Source: Macrostomum lignano (lineage: Eukaryota). Taken from it: a DNA stretch of 64,000 nucleotides. Made by a program: the position numbers and the translations under genes. The stretch is from assembly GCA_002269645.1 (NCBI GenBank), contig NIVC01002215.1, positions 55,808 to 119,807 on the forward strand. The letters are read 5' to 3'. Positions 22,925 through 34,528 of this stretch are shown here, in pieces (within the stretch, counting starts at the first letter, position 1; every line of letters starts with the position of its first letter). Under the pieces are notes generated by a model. It had not been told where the DNA came from, did not search any database, and was given only the letters and a program-made list of their open reading frames with translations.

Positions 22925-23539
22925 GGTTTGTGCTGGTCTTCACTTAGGCTTGTTTCGTCTTCCTCAGTGCTCACGAATTTATGCAGTCAAAATCGTCATG
23001 CTGGATGGGAAGATCGGCATGTGGTGACGCTTATCTGCACGCGAATACGCTTTTGCTGCGGAAAATTGCTTTGAATAGCGATCGTGCTTTTTACGAAGTT
23101 TTGGATCTGCTGCAATTGTGTAAGGCTCGTAGAATTCGGTCTCTGTGAGAGAAATGGGTGCAGCCAACTTTGAAAAGTGCTGAACTCGCTTTTCGGTGAC
23201 TGATTCATGCGCTTAAGCTGGCATGATTTAGCAAACTGTTATTTTTACACTGAGAGTATTTTTAATTTAGTGTTCATGCCATGAAGATATGAAGATATGA
23301 AGATACAGAGTATTTTGGTGTTTATAATGATCACTGACCATCTGACCAGCTTGCAGACTGGCTTGCTGACGTAGTTCAGAGGAGGATCCAGGATTTCTCC
23401 AAGGTTCAACTGATCCCCCCTTGAAATGGAAAGATAATTTTTCATTTAAATACATCTAGGTCTCTATTAAGCGATAGAACTACAACAAAATACGCTGTCA
23501 GTTGATACAATCATCAGCGTTTTGCCTCAAGGCCCCTCA

Positions 23540-23900
23540 AAGGGACGCGTCAAGGCTCAGCAGGAACATAGGCCGCGTCGCCAACTAAATCCTGGTCGCC
23601 CGTGTCAGTGGACGAAACGCCGATTGCGCGACTGACCACGACGGTTGCAGCAGTCTCTTGCATCGGCTGCGGACAGAGCGACGACTCGGCGCGAATGATG
23701 TGGCCTGCCAGCAACACCATCGGCATTCGGACCAGGCCATGCACCACACCGCCTCAACTTGCTGTTTGGGCTTTGGACTGCAGCTAGGGCTCGCTCTCAC
23801 AGAGCGAAATTACATCCCGAGCAAGCCTGCGGCGATGCAGCGGGTCCTGGCAGACGTCGGCCAGCCCTACCACCGAGGTAGAACGAACAGCTGGCATCGC
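23540..23900 (-). mobile_element. LINE (RTE-like) 3'-end relic
   Basis: LAGHIIRAESSLCPQPMQE motif (ORF 23550-23747), typical of the post-RT C-terminus of RTE-like LINEs. Confidence 0.5.
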
Positions 23901-26710
23901 CTTATAGTTCCGTTGCTTGACAGTCAGCGAATTTCTGTAGATATAAGTTTTCGACTCTCAAATTCATTTCCGTGGAGAGTTTAACTGTTCTTTAGCGGCC
24001 CTTAAAGTAGTTTAAATGTATTTTGGGAGTATATATAACTTTCATTAAATTATGGTCTCATTCTAAAGCCAGAAATGCTCCACCGAGACCATGCATATGT
24101 TTTGTGCACGAAATTTGTTCATATACCTTAAATGCGTTCATAAGGCACTGTCTCTTAGATCACTGTCTTCCACTGCTGTCAAGAATTAGGTTAGTTTGTA
24201 AATGTTAAGGTGGTATCAGTTTTTGTCTGGCTAACTCACTTTACTATACTTGTACTGAGTTGTACGAATTCATTCGATTGAAACCTTTCCCAACTCATTC
24301 ATTGCTCAATTCTACACTTGCCACTGCTCATCGGCGCAAAGGGTCTTCAGGACATATTGTGCCAAAATTAATGACAAAATTTACTGTTTATACTGATTTG
24401 ATGCACATAAATAATGGGAACTAATATAAGCTATATCTTTAAAAAATTAGTTGTGAATAACATATTTTAAAAGCGTGGCTTTTGTTCTACCCGTGATTTT
24501 TAAGTTGATTTCGACCAGTTTATTTTCTAAGAAATTTGTCGGTCGACTTCAGCCAACTGAGATTTAATCCAACATGTCGTTATATTATACCCAACTTGAT
24601 TTCAACTAGACTGTCAGAAGACAGTCATAAGCAGTATTGATCATTGGTACAACCAAGGAGGAGACTCGGTAAACATGAAAAAATGTTAATCAGACCCCCA
24701 AGCCCCTTACCCAAAGCCAAATGTCTTGATTTAGTATATAGGTTTCTTTAAGCCTTTGGCCTCACCGATTTTTTGGTTGCGCCTCTGGTGCCATGAGAAC
24801 CAACTCTATGTGCCTAAGCACAAGCTTATGAATAAACAATAAATATATAAAATAGTAAATAAAAGATATGATAAGAGAATAAATGAGAATAAAATGGTTA
24901 AACTAAACAAAATGTTAAATGATTTTATTTGCCAACAATAGCTATAGAGTATAGTTATTAGTTATTACTAGTTATACTTATACTACGAGGCAATAGGTTT
25001 ATTTATTCTATAGCTAAAAAGCAAAAAGCCAATGTAAAGCAAGATATAAAATAAGAAACTAATATATAAATTATATATTAATAATATAATATCTATTTTT
25101 AGCTATTGTTATGTCTTAAGGCAATGGGCCATGGCATGAAAGTATGACTTTTTCCATTCAAAAATGAGCCATGACAAGATCATATTCATATGATAAACAA
25201 AAAATTGAGCTATTAATAAAAAAACTTAAACTCTCAATAGCTAGTGGCCACTAGACAAAAGGCAAGTACCAAGAAAAAACAAGTATAAGCAAAGATGACC
25301 AATAGTTATAAGTAAAAAAATAGACAAGATAGGCCTAGGCAAAAGAGTAAACAACATGGTGACAAGAAGGCTAGGCTACACATAAGTGCCATATAAGACA
25401 GGCATATAATAAAAGGAGCTATACCTAGTGGCAAATAGTAAGTCAAACTTAAAAGCAAAGGCAAAAGAATTTGCTAACTGGGAGAGTAGTAGATCTAATA
25501 ACTAAAACTAATTTAGTAGTTCACTATAAAACAATTGAATTAAAATTGCATAAAAGCTTAGGCCTATGTTTACTTTTTTCAGAGTTATAAAAGTTTAAAA
25601 GTTAAGATAATTATAAAAATATATTTCTTTAGGACTAGCCCTAATTTTATAGCTATGCACCTAGGATCCAAGTTTTCTTATACTATTGTATAGGCCTATT
25701 TAATAAGGTTTCCACATCTTTTTTTATTTGCTCTTATATAGGCACTGGCAAATCAATAAAAGCTTATCAAAGTGATATATTTTCTTACTTTGTTTCTATT
25801 TCATAATTCTTTTTTAATAATCCAATATTTTTCTTGATATTTGCCTTGTCTTTAGGCCTATACACTTGTGCCATTTCTCTAGATGCCTAGCAAGAATATT
25901 TATAGCTTTTAAAGTTTGTTCCATAAGTGTTTTAAATTGATTATTTAAAAAACCCCAAAATAGCAATTGATATATATTTCATTAATGCCTATATTATTCA
26001 TATAACTTACTTTTTTAAATAGTATATATGAAGCATTTTGCTGTTTTATTTCTAGTATATGGGAAAAATGACCAGATCTTATTAAAGTATTTTTTGGAAA
26101 CCTATAAACATGCACTAAATTCTAGATATTGGTTGACTTAGAGCATTGAGTTGGAAAATGTATATTTTTATATTTACCACAATTGCTAATAGCATATAAT
26201 TTGTCAAATGTATTTCAATGTATCCTAATATCATTAAAAAACAAATTCAATTGACAACTAGTCTAGAGCATGTTAGGCAATTTGCAGGATCTCAAAGAAA
26301 GTGCTGAGGTGGCCTAAACAGTCATTGGTATACCCAAGGTTGATCTTGAGTAATGAGTATAAATGGCATGGGCCAGAAAGGATATGCCATTTATACTCTT
26401 ATACTCAATTAAAGCCAATGTGGTAACATGTCTTTTGCTTGTTGATTGTTGAAATGGTTCACACCTTTAATTGGTAGCTTGATATTCTGGTTATCTATAA
26501 AATTTAACATAAATAGTTATTATTTTAGAGTCAGATGCTATTTGTTCCTGGTTTCCAGAATTTTATAGGCTTAGTGCATTTTTTGCTCTAACTGATCCCA
26601 TTTTAACCAAGATTTGCACAAGTTTTCAACTGCTAAGGGCTACTCTCAGCCCTGGACATGCACTCTTGACTCTTGTGCCACAACTGTGCGTGCTTCTTCA
26701 TGCCTCCAAT

Positions 26711-27290
26711 TGGGCTTGCCATCGAGTCATTGGGGTTGCCATCGAGTCATTGGGGTTGCCATCGAGTCATTGGGGTAGCCATCGAGTCATTGGGGTTGCC
26801 ATCGAGTCATTGGGGTAGCCATCGAGTCATTGGGGTTGCCATCGAGTCATTGGGGTTGCCATCGAGTCATTGGGGTAGCCATCGAGTCATTGGGGTTGCC
26901 ATCGAGTCATTGGGGTTGCCATCGAGTCATTGGGGTTGCCATCGAGTCATTGGGGTTGCCATCGAGTCATTGGGGTTGCCATCGAGTCATTGGGGTTGCC
27001 ATCGAGTCATTGGGGTTGCCATCGAGTCATTGGGGTTGCCATCGAGTCATTGGGGTTGCCATCGAGTCATTGGGGTAGCCATCGAGTCATTGGGGTAGCC
27101 ATCGAGTCATTGGGGTTGCCATCGAGTCATTGGGTTGCCATTGAGTTGCCATTTGGGTTTGGGGTTGCCATCGAGTCATTGGGCTTGCCATTGAGTTGCC
27201 ATTTGGTTTGGGGTTGCCATCGAGTCATTGGGCTTGCCATTGAGTTGCCATTTGAGTTTAGGCTTTCCACTTTGGTTGCCATTGGGGTTG
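26711..27290. repeat. 20-bp minisatellite (~21 near-perfect copies, degenerate tail) directly upstream of CAMLG-like gene
   Basis: Unit GCCATCGAGTCATTGGGGT(T/A). Confidence 0.97.
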
Positions 27291-27355
27291 GCGCTGACGT
27301 TAAGTTTGTATATTGGAATTATAATTTTTCCGATATCCTCACCGCCCCAGCTGTA

Positions 27356-28024
27356 ATGAGTGCTACTAGTCAACCAGTGAGCAGCCAATCAGCAGCTGAT
27401 CAGGCAGCGGCGGAGGCAGCCGACCAATCAGAGGCCGAGCTGCGCCGGCGCAGGCGGGCCGAGCGCATCCTGTCCGGCGCTGAGAGCCGCTTGCGCCGCA
27501 TCGAAGGCGTTGAGGCCAAGCGCGGCGACCCCTCCGACCTGCCGAGCTTAACCGAACACTCGGAACAGTCGCCACCGTCAGCGCAGCCGCCGCCGCCGCC
27601 ACTATCGTCTTTGGCGTCTTCGACTGCGCCGTCGATGTCGCTAGTCGCCAGCTTCTCGGCCTCGCCGCGCCGCGTCCACGTGGGCTTCACTGTGGTCACG
27701 CTGGTTGCCGGGCTGTTGCTGTGGGCTGATAAGCGCTACGTGGGCGTGACGCCGCTGGCCGACTCGCTGTGGCCGGCCTTCCTAGCCGTGAACCTGCTGC
27801 ACATCGCCGTCACCATGACCTGCCACCTGGCCTCGCTGGAGTGCTTCTGCCCCGGCCTGCTCAGCCAGGTGCTGTACTTCCTGGCCTGGCTGCGCCCGGA
27901 TCTCCGGCCCTACGCTGTACTGCTGGCCCGCATGCTTGGCTGCCTGTGCTTTGTGGTCTGCCTGGGCGCCGCCTACGTGCTGACCCTGCTGGCCGCTGAT
28001 TGGCTGAGCCCTGCTGGCCGCTGA
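27356..28024 (+). CDS. CAMLG: CAML/GET2-like ER tail-anchored-protein insertase subunit, 222 aa, intronless
   Basis: N-terminal AELRRRRRAERILSGAESRLRRIEG matches the Get3/TRC40-binding motif of GET2/CAML. It is followed by a low-complexity linker and three hydrophobic segments. ATG follows acceptor CCCCAG at 27350. Confidence 0.75.
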   Translation: MSATSQPVSSQSAADQAAAEAADQSEAELRRRRRAERILSGAESRLRRIEGVEAKRGDPSDLPSLTEHSEQSPPSAQPPPPPLSSLASSTAPSMSLVASFSASPRRVHVGFTVVTLVAGLLLWADKRYVGVTPLADSLWPAFLAVNLLHIAVTMTCHLASLECFCPGLLSQVLYFLAWLRPDLRPYAVLLARMLGCLCFVVCLGAAYVLTLLAADWLSPAGR

Positions 28025-28138
28025 TTGGCTGAGCGCTGCTGATCGCTAATTGGCTGAGCGCTGCCGCCGGTCTGGCCGCCTTGGACAGCCGCTCAAGCTA
28101 GCTGGAGAGCTCGTGATGCATTCAAGCTTTTTTTGTTG

Positions 28139-28344
28139 ACCGGAAGTGCCTGTGAATTTTCTGACCTGTGTAGTGAGATACCGGAAGTATCCAGCTTAGT
28201 CTGTGTAGTAAGATACTGGAAGTAGTGTATTTCCCAGTCTGTAGTGAAGATACCGGAAGTAGTCAGTGGTTCCAAGTCTGTAGTGAGATACCGGAAGTAG
28301 TCAGTTGATTCCCAACATAGTTTTCCATTATGATTACCGGAAGT
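28139..28344 (+). promoter_or_regulatory. Cluster of ETS-type motifs (ACCGGAAGT x5 plus one variant)
   Basis: Perfect copies at 28139, 28180, 28252, 28290 and 28336; ACTGGAAGT at 28215. Spacing ~35-46 bp. Confidence 0.45.
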
Positions 28345-28885
28345 AGCATGTTTACTATGCGATTTATCTCCGTTAAACTGATTCACAGGTAACACTTGAA
28401 GGTGTTGTGGTGTTTCGGGGAAACTCGTCCACTAGTCAATTTGGAACGGTCTCACCTGCTCCAATTAGTCGAACATTTTGTTATGCTTATTTCTGAAATG
28501 TCATGAATATTAAAATGTAGTATTATTCAATATTTTTGGTGAGCTGTTAAGCAACTTATATCATGCTAAGTACCGGTAGTTGCCTTTTAATATTTTGGCC
28601 AGGTTGTTACTTTTGCACTCACTTTCCTGCACTTGTACATTTCCCACGGTTTCCTAGCCTATCTGTTGTACTCATTTGTAATATGAAAAATGCCATCGTT
28701 GCTACTTGCAGTAGGCTATTCAGTGAATAAATTAACAATTACGTAGTGTGCTATCTAAGCGGTCTGGTCTTGTTTATTTTCAATCACGACGAACCCATTG
28801 GAGGGTGGAGGCTCGGGGATCTCCCGCAGATATCTGAATGCTGATATTGAGTTATAACTGCTGCTTTTTCATTCCTTGCAGCAGC

Positions 28886-31800
28886 ATGTCTTCCGCCAAC
28901 TCGGCATCTACCGCTTCGGCTGCTGCGGCGGCTGCTGCCTCGTGCGGCATCCTCCGCTCCGAGGAGTACCTGGGCTTCCGCAGCGCCGTCGCGCACCGCC
29001 GCGTGGTGGTGGACGATGACGACTCGCTGGAGTGGAGCATGTACGATGCCGGGCCGCGGCACGTGCGCTGCCCGCTGGTGTGCCTGCCGCCCTGCTCCGG
29101 CACCGCCGAGGTACCTCATGGTCTCTTAGGTCTCTCGTGAGCCTCCCGAAATTGTAATAAACCCTAACCCTAACCCTAATAATTGCAGCTTAAAATCCTA
29201 CTTGAAAAACTGGTCTGAATTGCCCCAACCAGCTGTGAGAATCGCCCCTAGACAGCTGTGAGAATCGCTTCTAGACAGCTGTGAGAATCGCCCCTAGACA
29301 GCTGTGAGAATCGCCCCTAGACAGCTGTGAGAATCGCCCCTAGACAGCTGTGAGAATCGCCCCTAGACAGCTGTGAGAATCGCCCCTAGACAGCTGTGAG
29401 AATCGCTTCTAGACAGCTGTGAGAATCGCCCCTAGACAGCTGTGAGAATCGCCCCTAGACAGCTGTGAGAATCGCCCCTAGACAGCTGTGAGAATCGCCC
29501 CTAGACAGCTGTGAGAATCGCCCCTAGACAGCTGTGAGAATCGCCCCTAGACAGCTGTGAGAATCGCCCCTAGACAGCTGTGAGAATCGCCCCTAGACAG
29601 CTGTGAGAATCGCCCCTAGACAGCTGTGAGAATCGCCCCAGACAGCTGTGAGAATCGCCCCTAGACAGCTGTGAGAATCGCCCCTAGACAGCTGTGAAAA
29701 TCGCCCCTAGACAGCTGTGAGAATCGCCCCAGACAGCTGTGAGAATCGCCCCAGACAGCTGTGATATTTACTCGTACTGCTGAAGTGTTTGAGAGATGAA
29801 GTTTGACGCTCAAAACTAGGCCTGCATCGGAGGCTGCCCTGCAGTTGCTACCCATCCCAGCTCAACATGAACTCATTCTCGTTCCGCCGCAGGTCTTCTT
29901 TCGCCAGGTGCTTTACCTCACTAGTTTTGGCTTTCGCGTCATCGCCCTGGACTACCCGGTGGTGTGGAGCCTCGGGGACTGGTGTCTCAGCTTCCAGCGG
30001 CTGCTGGACCACCTGAGCCTGGCGCGAGTCCACATCTTCGGCGCCAGCCTGGGCGGCTTCCTGGCGCAGAAGTTCGCCGAACAGGAACACGGCCGGGCCA
30101 GGCGGGTTGCCTCCCTGGTGCTCTGCAACTCCTTCGTGGAGACGTCAATCTTTCAGCAGACTAATTCCGTTAAGTCGTGAGTAGGGTTGAGTAGGCTCTA
30201 CAGCGCTGCTGGGGGGAATCAGCTGCTCCACAGTGCTGCTGCTGCTGGGGGGGGAATCAGCTGCTCCACAGTGCCGCTGCTGCTGGGGGGGGGAATCAGC
30301 TGCTCCACAGTGCTGCTGCTGCTGGGGGGGGGGGGGGAATCAGCTGCTCCACAGTGCCGCTGCTGCTGGGGGGGGAATCAGCTGCTCCACAGTGCTGCTG
30401 CTGCTGGGGGGGGGGGAATCAGCTGCTCCACAGTGCCGCTGCTGCTGGGGGGGGAATCAGCTGCTCCACAGTGCTGCTGCTGCTGGGGGGGGGAATCAGC
30501 TGCTCCACAGTGCCGCTGCTGCTGGGGGGGAATCAGCTGCTCCACAGTGCTGCTGCTGCTGGGGGGGAATCAGCTGCTCCACAGTGCTGCTGCTGCTGGG
30601 GGGGGGGAATCAGCTGCTCCACAGTGCTGCTGCTGCTGGGGGGGGGAATCAGCTGCTCCACAGTGCTGCTGCTGCTGGGGGGGGAATCAGCTGCTCCACA
30701 GTGCTGCTGCTGCTGGTGGGGGGAATCAGCTGCTCCACAGTGCTGCTGCTGCTGGGGGGGGGGGAATCAGCTGCTCCACAGTGCTGCTGCTGCTGGGGGG
30801 GGGAATCAGCTGCTCCACAGTGCTGCTGCTGCTGGGGGGGGGAATCAGCTGCTCCACAGTGCTGCTGCTGCTGGGGGGGGGGGGAATCAGCTGCTCCACA
30901 GTGCTGCTGCTGCTGGGGGGGGGGAATCAGCTGCTCCACAGTGCTGCTGCTGCTGGGGAGGGGGAATCAGCTGCTCCACAGTGCTGCTGCTGCTGGGGGG
31001 GAATCAGCTGCTCCACAGTGCTGCTGCTGCTGGGGGGGGAATCAGCTGCTCCACAGTGCTGCTGCTGCTGGGGGGAATCAGCTGCTCCACAGTGCTGCTG
31101 CTGCTGGGGGGGAATCAGCTGCTCCACAGTGCTGCTGCTGCTGGGGGGAATCAGCTGCTCCACAGTGCTGCTGCTGCTGGGGGGGGGGAATCAGCTGCCC
31201 CACAGTGCTGCTGCTGCTGGGGAGGGGGAATCAGCTGCTCCACAGTACTGCGGAGGCAGTAAGCCTTCTGTTGTTATCCCCAATCCCACAGCTTCTGGCT
31301 GCTGCCAGCTGTAGTGCTCCGCTCAACGGTGATGCACAATCTTGACAGCATCAGCTCTCGGGACCGGGAGATCGCGGACTCCATGCTGTTCCTGAACCAC
31401 TCGCTGCACAGCCTGAGCCAGCAGCAGCTGGCCAGCCGGCTCACCCTCAACTGCCAGGATGACTATGTTGAGCCGCACAAGCTGCAGGGCTTGCCCGTGA
31501 CTCTGATTGATGTGAGAGACAGGGCGGGCTTATTCTTTGCTTACTACTAACAAGTTTATTAGTAGCATGACTTGTGCACATCTGAGCATCAAAATGTCGT
31601 TTGCTTTGCTAGGTGTTCGACGACAACGCGCTGACATCCCGGGTACGCGAGGAGACCTACAAGTGCTACCCGGATGCCAAGCGGGCCCATCTCAAGAGTG
31701 GGGGGAATTTTCCCTACCTTAGCCGGGCTAGCGAGGTTAACCTGCACCTACAGGTGGGTACAGTGCGTCACTCATTCAGTGTCAGTTCATCGTGTGTGTG

Positions 31801-32454
31801 TGTGTGTGTGTCACTCATTCAGCGTCAGTTCATCGTGTGTGTGTGTCACTCATTCAGTGTCAGTTCATCGTGTGTGTGTGTGTGTGTCACTCATTCAGCG
31901 TCAGTTCATCGTGTGTGTGTGTCACTCATTCAGTGTCAGTTCATCGTGTGTGTGTGTCACTCATTCAGTGTCAGTTCATCGTGTGTGTGTGTGTCACTCA
32001 TTCAGTGTCAGTTCATCGTGTGTGTGTGTCACTCATTCAGCGTCAGTTCATCGTGTGTGTGTGTCACTCATTCAGTGTCAGTTCATCGTGTGTGTGTGTC
32101 ACTCATTCAGTGTCAGTTCATCGTGTGTGTGTGTGTCACTCATTCAGTGTCAGTTCATCGTGTGTGTGTGTGTGTCACTCATTCAGTGTCAGTTCATCGT
32201 GTGTGTGTGTGTGTGTGTGTGTGTGTCACTCATTCAGTGTCAGTTCATCGTGTGTGTGTGTGTGTGTGTGTGTCACTCATTCAGTGTCACTCAGTTAAAT
32301 GCGTCGCCCCTGTCCCCCGCACTCGCAGATCCACCTGCAGCCGTTCCTGAACTCCCCGCTGTCCCCCGCCGACGACTCGGTCAATCCGACCGCCTGCGCC
32401 TGTGTTGAGACGCCCGTCACCTCCGCGGCAGCAACGGCCGCCTCTGCGCACTGA
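28886..32454 (+). CDS. SPG21: Maspardin (alpha/beta-hydrolase fold), ~331 aa, 5 exons
   Basis: Exons 28886-29110, 29893-30176, 31292-31511, 31613-31753 and 32329-32454, all GT-AG with consistent phases. Motifs [42 protein letters not shown] and [12 protein letters not shown] match maspardin. Confidence 0.96.
29162..29179. repeat. Short telomeric-type (CCCTAA)3 in SPG21 intron 1
   Basis: Three perfect units. Confidence 0.7.
29230..29763. repeat. 23-bp minisatellite, SPG21 intron 1
   Basis: Unit GACAGCTGTGAGAATCGCCCCTA, ~23 copies. Confidence 0.97.
30204..31250. repeat. ~35-40-bp minisatellite with variable poly-G, SPG21 intron 2
   Basis: Unit AATCAGCTGCTCCACAGTGCTGCTGCTGCT(G)n. Confidence 0.97.
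31768..32292. repeat. Minisatellite with variable (GT)n, SPG21 intron 4
   Basis: Unit CACTCATTCAGTGTCAGTTCATC(GT)n. Confidence 0.95.
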
Positions 32455-33009
32455 GCCCGGCAGTGATGGGATTTGTGAATGTTAAAGTTATGACGGCTCT
32501 CTGATCACCCTTGGCAGTCCTGTTGTTATTCAGATTCTGTATTGATTTTTACACTCAGATACGAGTATGCGACCCATCGATCTGCCATTGACTGCCAAAC
32601 CTGTGGCTTCACTCACTACTATGAGTCATAGTAGCGGATTCGCGTGACTTTTTTTATAACTGTGATTAATTAAAAACATAATTTCTATCAGCGCGATCTG
32701 CAATAAGTCCCATGTAGTCGCGAGGGCTTCCACCGAGGTCTCTATTGCTATCGATTTGATTGATCCTGCCTTCATCTGCACTTCATCGCATTGATTTTCC
32801 ATTCCGTTTTTACTGGCTATGGATAAATTAATTGACCGGCCGTCTTTTCTCTGTTCCTTTTTCTCTTAGCGAGAAGCTCCTCTTTCATTTTTGTATGCTT
32901 ATTCCAGACTACTGTCTCTGCATCTTCGATTCCAGCCTCATATCTCTATTGATCCTGTTCAGTGCGCTTTCCGCTTCTGTTGTAGAGGCCTACGTATTAG
33001 GTTGACACA

Positions 33010-33670
33010 TCTGCTCCCTGTTGACCCACCTGCTCCCTGTTGACCCACCTGTTCCCTGTTGACCCACCAGTTCCTGTTGACCCACCTGTTCCCTGTTGAC
33101 CCACCTGCTCCTTGTTGACCCACCTGCTCCCTGTTGACCCACCAGCTCCTGGTTGACCTACCTGTTGTTGACCCACCAGCTCCTGGTTGATCCACCTGCT
33201 CCCTGTTGACCCACCTGCTCCCTGTTGACCCACCTGCTCCTTGTTGACCCACCTGCTCCTTGTTGACCCACCTGCTCCCTGTTGACCCACCAGCTCCTGG
33301 TTGACCTACCTGTTGTTGACCCACCTGCTCCTGGTTGATCCACCTGCTCCCTGTTGACCCACCTGCTCCCTGTTGATCCACCTGCTCCTTGTTGACCCAC
33401 CTGCTCCCTGTTGACCCACCAGCTCCTGGTTGACCCACCTGCTCCCTGTTGATCCACCTGCTCCCTGTTGACCCACCTGCTCCCTGTTGACCCACCAGCT
33501 CCTGGTTGACCTACCTGTTGTTGACCCACCTGCTCCTGGTTGATCCACCTGCTCCCTGTTGACCCACCTGCTCCCTGTTGACCCACCTGCTCCTTGTTGA
33601 CCCACCTGCTCCCTGTTGATCCACCTGCTCCCTGTTGATCCACCTGCTCCCTGTTGACCCACCTGTTCCC
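33010..33670. repeat. ~19-bp minisatellite between SPG21 and DCAF7
   Basis: Unit CTGCTCCCTGTTGACCCAC with variants. Confidence 0.95.
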
Positions 33671-33987
33671 GTTGACCTATTAAGCTAATAATCTAGCAAG
33701 TACATCAGCAATCAGCTTCCTTCTACTCTTGTCTCTGTCGACTGCATGTGCTGCGACATTCTCGATTAGCTAATTTTTGTATTGAATTGAAAAATGCGCA
33801 GATTTCTCCACTAATTCGAGGGATTAGCGTTCTGTTCTGTGAACGGAAAAGTTGAGATTTTACTCGTACCTTTGCAACAGTTTCTTAATATAAATATAAC
33901 CTGTGAAGTTGAAGCTTGAGTGCTGCTTGTATTATGAGTAAAATTACTTTAACTGTATGCCTTTCAGTCGTACTTGGGATTCGCATC

Positions 33988-34420
33988 CAGTGTCCTCAGA
34001 TAACCCCATATCTCATCTCATGTCCCCAGATAACCCCATATCTCATTCAATGTCCTGAGATAACCCCATGTCTCATCTCATGTCCCTAGATAACCCCATA
34101 TCTCATCCAGTGTCCCTAGATAACCCCATATCTCATCCAGTGTCCCTAGATAACCATATCTCATTCAGTGTCCTCAGATAACCATATCTCATTCGGTGTC
34201 CTCACATAACCCCATATCTCATTCAGTGTCCTCAGATAACCATATCTCATTCGGTGTCCTCACATAACCCCACATCTCATTCAGTGTCCTCACATAACCC
34301 CATATCTCATTCAGTGTCCTCAGATAACCATATCTCATTCAGTGTCCCCAGATAACCATATCTCATTCAGTGTCCTCAGATGACCCCATATCTCATCCTG
34401 TGTCCTCACATAACCCACAT
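33988..34420. repeat. ~28-30-bp minisatellite upstream of DCAF7
   Basis: Unit CAGTGTCCTCAGATAACC(CC)ATATCTCATT. Confidence 0.93.
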
Positions 34421-34528
34421 GTATCATCTTATGCCATCTATTTGAATCACCGCAACATGAATCCTTCGCCATTCAATGCGGTGCTAACCGCCCGCGCCAT
34501 CTCGGCAGCAGGAGCAGAAGCAGCAGCT

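Noticed and set aside
26930-27355. N-terminal 142 aa of the 364-aa ORF as part of CAMLG
   Set aside because: Derived from the 20-bp minisatellite. The conserved protein begins at ATG 27356 after an acceptor AG.
30187-31345. 300-375-aa Gly/Cys-rich ORFs
   Set aside because: Stop-free translations of the SPG21 intron-2 minisatellite; flanking exons splice around them in frame.
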